Source: a virus | DNA length: 15,446 nt | Direction: 5' to 3' (one strand) | Virus record (IMG/VR): IMGVR_UViG_3300000478_000009 | Span: 1 to 15,446 of that record | Part shown: positions 6,723 to 13,336 of the stretch, in pieces | Position numbering within the stretch: position 1 is the stretch's first letter | Layout of the letters: each line of letters opens with the position of its first letter | Position numbers and translations under genes: made by a program | Notes under the pieces: generated by a model | The model's database searches: none | What the model saw: the letters and a program-made list of their open reading frames with translations, nothing else | What the model was told of the DNA's origin: nothing

Positions 6723-7574
6723 ATGGCAAACTTAGAACAACTTTTGGAATGGCTTCTCAATGAACAAGAGGACCAAAAATATGATATCGATTACGTTTTA
6801 CATGAGCCAAAGCGTAAAAAAATTCCTCACGAGAAGCTAAATCTCTACAAAAATGAGGGAGCACATAACATTCTAGCTGCGCTCAAAAAGGCTTCAAAAG
6901 AAGAGATAGATTATTGGAGCAATTGGTATCAACATGCTCATGGCCACGTTAGAGAACTTGCCGAACAATACGATATTCCTGTTGAAATAGCAGCAGCAGT
7001 TGCCGCAGTTCTAAGTCCAAATCTTGGATGGAATGCAAGCCTAATGGCCGCTAAAAGAGTTCTGGATAACTGGATGCATCTCGGCGGTGCCGAAGGATAC
7101 CAATTCTGGCCAAATATTCCTGCATACAAAACCAATGTAAACAAGGCAATGAAGATTCTTGAAACTGGGAATCTTGATTTGGTTAAAGGTCCAAAAGTTA
7201 CCGTATTCTATCACTCTCTTTTAAACCCAGACAGAGTTGAACGTGAACTTGTATTGGATGGTCATGCTATTAACGTCTGGAGAGGAATCAAAACTCCACT
7301 CAAAAATCTTAGACAACCAACCAAAGAAGAACGCAAAGCCATCATTCAAGATTATAGAAAAGTGGCAGATCTTGTTGGTTTAACTCCACAACAACTTCAA
7401 GCTGTAACTTGGTTTATCTGGAAGGCTGTAACATCACCACCTGAAGTTCATGGTCAGGTAGAAGTAGAGCAGCCAGCAGTAAAAGAAGCTCGACGACGGC
7501 TTATGCCAATGATCAAAGAGGTTGTTTCAGAACAATTGAGACGTCGAAAAATGCTCAATTCCTTTTCACTCTAA
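6723..7574 (+). CDS. Hypothetical protein, 283 aa from ATG 6723 (the track extends to GTG 6552). The only plus-strand gene inside the accessory block, convergent with the GNAT-ParB gene. It contains a 'LVLDGHAINVWRG' segment weakly reminiscent of a ParB/Srx motif.
   Basis: Long open frame with protein-like composition. The 20-nt 3' overlap with the convergent gene is acceptable. No confident family assignment. Confidence 0.5.
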   Translation: MANLEQLLEWLLNEQEDQKYDIDYVLHEPKRKKIPHEKLNLYKNEGAHNILAALKKASKEEIDYWSNWYQHAHGHVRELAEQYDIPVEIAAAVAAVLSPNLGWNASLMAAKRVLDNWMHLGGAEGYQFWPNIPAYKTNVNKAMKILETGNLDLVKGPKVTVFYHSLLNPDRVERELVLDGHAINVWRGIKTPLKNLRQPTKEERKAIIQDYRKVADLVGLTPQQLQAVTWFIWKAVTSPPEVHGQVEVEQPAVKEARRRLMPMIKEVVSEQLRRRKMLNSFSL

Positions 7575-8691
7575 TAGGAATGCCGGTTTGATGAGCCGCC
7601 CAAGCTCTATTGTGCCCGTCGGTCACATAGGCGTATTCCATTCCAAGATCATCATCTGAAAGTGGACGAGACCAGTCCAATTCGTGCTCATATCCGCCTT
7701 CTTCTGCTTCTTTGTATTGTTCAAGGTCTTGTTCATCCACAATGTGGATACCACCACGAATAGGTGGCATTCGACCCCAACCATTTTTCTTCATATAAGC
7801 AGAGAATTTAGGTATTTTTTCTTCAAAGTCTGTAGAAGCATTTACACCTGAACCACGAAAAAGTTCTGATTGAACCTCGTCCCAAGTTTTCTTTCCTTCA
7901 TTGAAAAGACCTGCCAGCCGCTTGAAACGTCTGTTTGAAAAAACCCCTTCTTCTATTGGTTTTGCATCTTTGTATCTCAATTCCCACACGTGGAGTGGAA
8001 TACCTTTATAATTGGCATAAGTAACCCTACCTCTACCGTCACCAATAGTAGAGAAAGTTTCTCCTGTCACAACAATAACCGGAGGAGGGTTGTCGCCCCA
8101 CTCCTTTGTCATTTGAGCCCAATGTTTTCCTCGAAATGCTTCGAGTTCATTGTCATCCTCTATGTCTTCCATCCATGAACTAAGATCATCATAATAGCCA
8201 AGTTCATCAACTGTAAGCTTACCAAGATATCTCAAATCGAAATCATCGTAGGATGAATCTTCGTCAACTTCTTCAAATGACATCGCAGTGTGATCAATGG
8301 CATCTGAAATATCATTGTAAGATGGCTGAGGAATGGTATTGACCGTTTCCAAACTTTCTTTAAGATGTCCAGGAGGTCGGTACATCAATTCCATAAAGTC
8401 ATAATTTTTGTAACGGCCTTTGTTTAACACAAAACCCAAACTCTTATAAAAGTTTGTTAGTTTGTTTTTGTTATAACCCCATTCTGAACTTGGAGTCAGG
8501 GTTACTATTTTTTGGACTTTGTCAGCATATTCATTGATGGCTTTAAAAATTTCTCTACCAATGCCACGACCACGAAATTTCGGGTTGACAACTATCAATG
8601 CTACAGAAATGTAATTTGGGTGTTCATAAACAACCCATTTGTCCAAATATGGCAAATATTTTTGTTTAATTTCTTTTATAGACATTGTCAT
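7555..8691 (-). CDS. Fusion protein: N-terminal GNAT acetyltransferase, then an acidic linker, then two ParB/Sulfiredoxin-like segments.
   Basis: GNAT motif A is 'LIVVNPKFRGRGIGREIFKAI' and motif B is 'FYKSLGFV'. The ParB/Srx-like signatures are 'PPVIVVTGETFSTIGDGRGRVTYANYKGIPLHV' and C-terminal 'YVTDGHNRAWAAHQTGIPIRV'. The ATG overlaps the upstream HAD gene stop as ATGA. Confidence 0.6.
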   Translation of the reverse strand: MTMSIKEIKQKYLPYLDKWVVYEHPNYISVALIVVNPKFRGRGIGREIFKAINEYADKVQKIVTLTPSSEWGYNKNKLTNFYKSLGFVLNKGRYKNYDFMELMYRPPGHLKESLETVNTIPQPSYNDISDAIDHTAMSFEEVDEDSSYDDFDLRYLGKLTVDELGYYDDLSSWMEDIEDDNELEAFRGKHWAQMTKEWGDNPPPVIVVTGETFSTIGDGRGRVTYANYKGIPLHVWELRYKDAKPIEEGVFSNRRFKRLAGLFNEGKKTWDEVQSELFRGSGVNASTDFEEKIPKFSAYMKKNGWGRMPPIRGGIHIVDEQDLEQYKEAEEGGYEHELDWSRPLSDDDLGMEYAYVTDGHNRAWAAHQTGIPIRVKRN

Positions 8692-9209
8692 TGACTGTTG
8701 TTAATTAGCAAATTAATAATCTTTTCTTTATGTTCTTTAGTAAGTCCATCCTTATCAAACGACGTTTGAACCCAATATTTTGACAATGGTCTTGCTTTAT
8801 AATACGTCCTAGACCAACCCAGGTCTTGGTCGTCCAAAATTACATATCTATCAACGCCAATATTATATTTTAACCATTCAACAACTTCTTCGGCACGTTC
8901 TGTTGGTTCATATTCGGTTCCATTGTTACTGGTTCGCCAAAGCAATACTGGAGTTGAAGAATAAATCGGATATTTCAATCCTGCTCTGGCTAAAACAACA
9001 CTCATTCGTGGGTCTACACGGGTACTGGAAGACAAAACAATTTTACACCCCGTTCTGGTCACTATGTCATTAATCATGGCAACCCTAACAGGGTCTAGGT
9101 GTTTTACCAGCTCATCTATCGTTGCCGTAAAGCTTGGTTTTGGAGCGTTTGTTTTAATCCATTCCAAATCGTTTAGAACGCCGTCTACGTCAAGAAACAA
9201 TACTTTCAT
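8688..9209 (-). CDS. HAD-superfamily phosphatase (DxDGxL motif). It resembles the small HAD phosphatases found in RNA-repair-type gene neighbourhoods.
   Basis: N-terminal 'KVLFLDVDGVLND' is the HAD motif I. A later 'VILDDQD' is an HAD motif-IV-like acidic cluster. ATG start. Confidence 0.65.
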   Translation of the reverse strand: MKVLFLDVDGVLNDLEWIKTNAPKPSFTATIDELVKHLDPVRVAMINDIVTRTGCKIVLSSSTRVDPRMSVVLARAGLKYPIYSSTPVLLWRTSNNGTEYEPTERAEEVVEWLKYNIGVDRYVILDDQDLGWSRTYYKARPLSKYWVQTSFDKDGLTKEHKEKIINLLINNSQ

Positions 9210-9251
9210 GTGTCCATGTTGAGCTAAAAACTTTAGCGTTTAAACGACGAA

Positions 9252-9272
9252 AGCCTCGTCTTAGACGAGGCT
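9252..9272 (-). terminator. 9-bp GC-rich stem-loop (AGCCTCGTC-TTA-GACGAGGCT) between the 82-aa gene and the HAD gene.
   Basis: Perfect inverted repeat. On the minus strand it is followed by UUUCGUCGUUU. Candidate intrinsic terminator or RNA-stability hairpin. Confidence 0.45.
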
Positions 9273-9297
9273 CTCAAATCTTTCTAGTAAGACTAGG

Positions 9298-9546
9298 TTA
9301 TGATTTTATTAACCAATCTTCATGTATTATCTCTACAGAGTTTCCTAAAATTAGGAAGAGCCATTTTCCTTCGTCAGGAAAAGGAAAATTTTGTAAATTT
9401 TGCCACCCACTAGCATCAAACCAATATTGTGGAATTGATACACTTTTTTTGCTTAATAAGAATCGATCAACAACAAGACAAAATTGAGGTCTGTCAGAAG
9501 GAAATTTTCGTTTCACGAGACTGCCTATTGCAAATGGTTTACGCAT
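9298..9546 (-). CDS. Hypothetical 82-aa protein.
   Basis: ATG start overlapping the GIY-YIG stop by 8 nt. No recognisable motif. Confidence 0.4.
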   Translation of the reverse strand: MRKPFAIGSLVKRKFPSDRPQFCLVVDRFLLSKKSVSIPQYWFDASGWQNLQNFPFPDEGKWLFLILGNSVEIIHEDWLIKS

Positions 9547-10414
9547 TTACCCACCCTGAGGCGCTCTTGCATTTACCTTTCACCATTTTGGTGAAGCTAG
9601 AATAAGAGATGCCTCGCTGTCTACAATCTTCTTTAGCATTTTCACTTATTATAAACTGTTCGCCAGTTATCTTGTGTTTTAAGATAATACCAGCATACTT
9701 GGCACCGGCTATCTTAGCTCTATGTTCCTCAGTCAACGGTCTTCTCTTTTCACCTTTGCGCTCAATGTATGTTGGAGGTTTCGTACCTAAAAACCAACCA
9801 CTAGATGATTTAATTTTTCTTTTGAGCATCAGGTGGAAGGATTTGTAAGAGAGATTGCGGGCCTCACACCAGGCTCTAACAGATCCTTCTATTGTGGTCG
9901 TCTCGCCCGTTTTTTTATTGGATACTGTCACATTAGCAGAATGGGCATTCCAACGTTTATGAGCATAATCTTTTGCCTTTTCTCTTAAGGAAGGATCTGA
10001 ATAAATCTTTGTCATTATTTTACTCATTTTTTCTTTTCTATCTTCCTTCCATGGATGGTAACCAATATCAACAGCATACTTTGTTCCATTATAACACATG
10101 TTCCTATTATCAAATGCTTCATCTATATATTTTTGTTCTTCTGTTACACGAAGAAGTGACCACTCGTCTTTATCGCCCGATGTTGGGAGTTTTACGACTT
10201 TTACAACCTCATATTGGAAAGCATCTTTACCACATTTATTAAAATCTCTTTGTAAAAAGAGATTGTGGTGAGTTCCCTTTTTTAGGGCAGAAAGATGTTC
10301 TCTTGAACGTTGTTTAAATCTAGCGGCAGAGCCATAATACACTCTGCCGTTTTTTTTATTTAAAATTCTATACACGCCACCGTCATTTGCGTGACCTTTG
10401 AAAATGTTTTCCAT
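9539..10414 (-). CDS. GIY-YIG homing endonuclease (Seg / I-TevI-like), free-standing, with a basic C-terminal DNA-binding region.
   Basis: 'GVYRILNKKNGRVYYGSAARFKQRSREHLSALKKGTHHNLFLQRDFNKCG...FQYEVV' carries the GIY...YIG, Arg, Glu and Asn signature. The lysine-rich C-terminus has repeated 'SSSGWFLG' / 'SASGWVNA' modules. AT-rich. AGAGG lies immediately before the ATG. Confidence 0.8.
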   Translation of the reverse strand: MENIFKGHANDGGVYRILNKKNGRVYYGSAARFKQRSREHLSALKKGTHHNLFLQRDFNKCGKDAFQYEVVKVVKLPTSGDKDEWSLLRVTEEQKYIDEAFDNRNMCYNGTKYAVDIGYHPWKEDRKEKMSKIMTKIYSDPSLREKAKDYAHKRWNAHSANVTVSNKKTGETTTIEGSVRAWCEARNLSYKSFHLMLKRKIKSSSGWFLGTKPPTYIERKGEKRRPLTEEHRAKIAGAKYAGIILKHKITGEQFIISENAKEDCRQRGISYSSFTKMVKGKCKSASGWVNA

Positions 10415-10585
10415 ATGACCTCTATATTTGCTACTGTTAGTAGTTTAGATACTTGAAGGTCATATGTCTAACGGATATCAAACACAATATTTTTTGCACA
10501 TAGAATAAAAACAAAACGAAAAAGGCCACCTTTTTCGAAGGTGGCCTTAGTCAAACTATTCATAACCTATTATTTAGGTCATATG
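10412..10585. repeat. Three copies of the 10-mer AGGTCATATG within 175 bp. One is inverted at 10412-10421, covering the GIY-YIG SD and start codon. Two are direct, at 10457-10466 and 10576-10585, and the last overlaps the MCP stop codon.
   Basis: Exact matches read from the sequence. The two direct copies are 119 bp apart and bracket the MCP terminator hairpin. Confidence 0.5.
10504..10548 (-). terminator. Rho-independent terminator downstream of the major capsid gene.
   Basis: On the minus strand, stem AAGGCCACC / GGTGGCCTT (9 bp, GC-rich) with loop TTCGAAAAA is followed by UUUUUCGUUUUGUUUUU. Confidence 0.8.
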
Positions 10586-12501
10586 ATACCCATGTCAAGA
10601 ATGGTTACGGTTGCGTAGAAGTCATTTCTGACCATCTTCTTACCGTAACGGGTCATGACACCCTTACGTGGAGTAAAGTCTTCCTGAGCGTAGATAACTG
10701 GAGTAAGGATAAGTGGCACGTATGGTGCGTAGATGAATCCTGACTCAAGGAAGGTGTTACCCTTCAATCCGACAAGAACCTTGTTGCTTGGGAAGTATGG
10801 ATCCTTGTAAACAGTGTATCTGTTGTTCAAGGTACCGACTGCCTCTGCTCCGATTACCATGTTGTCACGAACCTGACCGTCAGCATCTACTCTGTAGGAA
10901 GGCTTGTAGGCAACAAGGTGCTCAAGGATGGTGCAGACATCTGGGGAGGTAACAATGAAGTTACCGGAACCACGGAGTGTCTTACGGTGAATGGTGTTTG
11001 CTGCGTCCGTAATCGTCTCAAGAAGGGTCTGGTACCACTCTTGAATGTTTACGAAGGCCATTGGACCTGGGGAAAGCGTGCTGCTCTGAAGAGCCTCTTG
11101 TCCGGTGAACTTGTTGACAAGCTTACCTGGAGCACGAGACCAGTAGAGGTTAGCTGCGCCTGCCTGCGTAAGAAGGTCGTTCAAGATTTCACGGTCAATG
11201 TCAAGCGTGATCATCTCAGAGAGAATGTTCGTAAGCTCAACTTCTACGTCGATTGAGTAGAATGCCGTAAGGTCTTGAGCCATTTCTGGCGACCAACGAG
11301 CCCTAAGCTTACGGGTCTGAGCCGTTACGCTGGTGGACTCAATGCGGATGTCAACTTCTGGGATTCGTGGGCTGGAATCGACTGCAAAGTCAGATTCGAA
11401 GCTTGGAATCGTAAGAGTAGAACCATCAGCATTTACGCTAAGTGCGTCTGCGATTGCTGCGGAAGCGGTAACTGCGTTACCTACTGTACCATCAGGATCT
11501 GGTGGGGTACCTGCGTTTGCAAGACGAACAACGTGTAGAACGTGGGAGCCATTAAGCGGATCTGGTGTGAAGATACCGGTTGTAGCATTCCAGTTACCAC
11601 GCTGGTTCATCTGACGAAGGTTGAGCACGCCACGACCACCCTGGTACTTCTCGCCCCACTCAACAGCAGAGTTGGTTGCTGCACCGAAACCGGTGAGTGC
11701 AATCTGGTTGAGGTTGTTGAGGTCAGCACCTGTGATCTTGCCCGTGAACTCGGATGCGCTTACGAATACGAATGCGTAGTCAAGCACGCCGTCGGTAAGA
11801 TCGTTCTCAACACGGGTGTCGTACATGACGAAACGTGCGTTGAGACCTAGGAAGTCATCAGCGGTTGCTACGGAGCCACCTGGGGTCCAAATAGAACCTG
11901 ATGCCCAATAACCGACTGAGTCGGTTGAACCAGAAAGGAAACGGCTCTGCTTGTGAACCTTTGAGTAGCCGTGACCTACAAGGTCATACTGACCACCGGT
12001 TGCAAGAGAACCGGAACGGATGCCAACACCACGTGGGTTGTTGTATACCGAATCCTGGCTGGTGTAAGTTGATGGATTCACAACGCTCGTTGTTGCGAAC
12101 TGGTTAGCTGCGGTTCCAGCGTCACCACCAACCGAGCTGCCGTAGGTGTAATCGAGGTAGAAAAGAAGACCGGTTGGAAGGCTCATTGGCTGAACCGATA
12201 CGATCTCATTTGAAATCAAACCTGCGAAAACACGGCGAACGATTGGGAATGCAACGTTTGTGAAACCTGCAATCTTACCGCTTGAGGTCAAAGAAGCACC
12301 ACCGAGGGAAAGTGCGTTGGTTTCCTTGAGAAGCTCAGCTGCCTGGTTCTCAAGAAGACGTGCCATTCCGTCACGGTTCATGCCTTTGAGGCCCTCAAGA
12401 AGACCAGTTGCTCCCCACTTCTTTACAAGTCGTGGTGAGTCTGCACCAAGAGAGCGACGGTGTACGCCTTCTGCTAGTTGCTCTAAAGTAAAAGTCTTCA
12501 T
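10579..12501 (-). CDS. Major capsid protein, T4 gp23-like, 640 aa with an enlarged insertion domain.
   Basis: 'LVKKWGATGLLEGL' matches T4 'LLNKWKPLLEGEGL'. 'FPIVRRVFAGLISNEIVSVQPMSLPTGLLFYLDYTYG' matches T4 'AVMGMVRRAIPNLIAFDICGVQPMNSPTGQVFALRAVYG'. 'TRKLRARWSPEMAQDL' matches T4 'KSRQLKAAYSIELAQDL'. C-terminal 'GFIYAPYVPL...TRYG' matches T4 'GIYYAPYVALTPL...KTRYG'. ATG start with GGAG 8 nt upstream. 'LLKE|TNALSLGGAS' is a candidate propeptide cleavage site at the position equivalent to T4 'FLTE|AEIGGDHG'. Confidence 0.9.
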   Translation of the reverse strand: MKTFTLEQLAEGVHRRSLGADSPRLVKKWGATGLLEGLKGMNRDGMARLLENQAAELLKETNALSLGGASLTSSGKIAGFTNVAFPIVRRVFAGLISNEIVSVQPMSLPTGLLFYLDYTYGSSVGGDAGTAANQFATTSVVNPSTYTSQDSVYNNPRGVGIRSGSLATGGQYDLVGHGYSKVHKQSRFLSGSTDSVGYWASGSIWTPGGSVATADDFLGLNARFVMYDTRVENDLTDGVLDYAFVFVSASEFTGKITGADLNNLNQIALTGFGAATNSAVEWGEKYQGGRGVLNLRQMNQRGNWNATTGIFTPDPLNGSHVLHVVRLANAGTPPDPDGTVGNAVTASAAIADALSVNADGSTLTIPSFESDFAVDSSPRIPEVDIRIESTSVTAQTRKLRARWSPEMAQDLTAFYSIDVEVELTNILSEMITLDIDREILNDLLTQAGAANLYWSRAPGKLVNKFTGQEALQSSTLSPGPMAFVNIQEWYQTLLETITDAANTIHRKTLRGSGNFIVTSPDVCTILEHLVAYKPSYRVDADGQVRDNMVIGAEAVGTLNNRYTVYKDPYFPSNKVLVGLKGNTFLESGFIYAPYVPLILTPVIYAQEDFTPRKGVMTRYGKKMVRNDFYATVTILDMGII

Positions 12502-12556
12502 GGTATTCTCCTCGAATCTCCTGTTTCTAAGTATGTGTTAGAATATCTATTTTCCG

Positions 12557-13336
12557 TTAGTCAACCTTTTTGATCCCGGCAAGTACCTGCCAGCGATTTG
12601 GAGATTGTCCATTGGATTCATGACCTGTCTGTGGCTGAGCGGCCTCAGTGAGGTTTGCGCTCCCTGGTTTGGTCACCTTTGAGGAAGAACCACCCAATTT
12701 GCGGGAAGCTGATGCATGCTCGTCGAGCCTGCGCTTAATCTTTGTGTAAATAGCCTTTGTTTCGGCTACGCTTGTACCCTTGTCAAGGTGCTCAACAATT
12801 TGTTGTAGAGCTTTCTTGGTAAGAGCCTTTTCAGAGAGTGCTCTCTGAAGGAACTTGCTGTAATAAACTGCCTTTGAAGTAAAGAGGTTGGTCTCGGCAA
12901 GCTGCTTATTCAAACCGGCCACCTGCTTTTCTTTTGCTTCAAGCAATTTCATTGCCTTGCTGAGCTTCTTCTCAAGAAGCTTGTTCTTGCGAGCAAGGTG
13001 ACTGAGCTTACGGGATTCCATCTTCATTCCTGCCTCTTCTAGATCCATGTCTACGTCCATGCCTTCTCCAAGGTCTTCTTCATCGGCAAGAAGAACATCT
13101 TCTTCGCCAGACTCTGCATCGGCCATGTCCATATCAAGGTCCATATCCATTTCTTCGTCTTCGCCTTCGTCGTCAACAATTTCGACTTCTTCGTCATCGT
13201 CGCCACCGACATTGAGGGCTACATCGACATCAAGGTCGTCGATGCCAAGAGCAGCAAGCTCTTCTTCAACCTCAGGTGGAAGATCGACGGAAAGAACCAA
13301 GTCTGCGTCGTCTTCAACTTCAAGATCTTCCATCAT
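12557..13336 (-). CDS. Prohead scaffolding protein, T4 gp22-like.
   Basis: Position immediately upstream of the MCP. The N-terminal third is hyper-acidic (MDMDLDMDMADAESGEEDV...) and is followed by a K/E/L-rich coiled-coil-like region. L/I-x-E motifs (LAE, LTE, IVE) typical of gp21 cleavage sites are present. The ATG overlaps the upstream gene's stop as ATGA. Confidence 0.7.
   Translation of the reverse strand: MMEDLEVEDDADLVLSVDLPPEVEEELAALGIDDLDVDVALNVGGDDDEEVEIVDDEGEDEEMDMDLDMDMADAESGEEDVLLADEEDLGEGMDVDMDLEEAGMKMESRKLSHLARKNKLLEKKLSKAMKLLEAKEKQVAGLNKQLAETNLFTSKAVYYSKFLQRALSEKALTKKALQQIVEHLDKGTSVAETKAIYTKIKRRLDEHASASRKLGGSSSKVTKPGSANLTEAAQPQTGHESNGQSPNRWQVLAGIKKVD

Noticed and set aside
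10918-12107. Several plus-strand ORFs (10918..11256, 11275..11538, 11333..11614, 11542..11850, 11901..12107) inside the capsid gene.
   Set aside because: They lie entirely within the strongly supported gp23-like CDS on the opposite strand. Cys/Trp-rich translations are typical of antisense frames.
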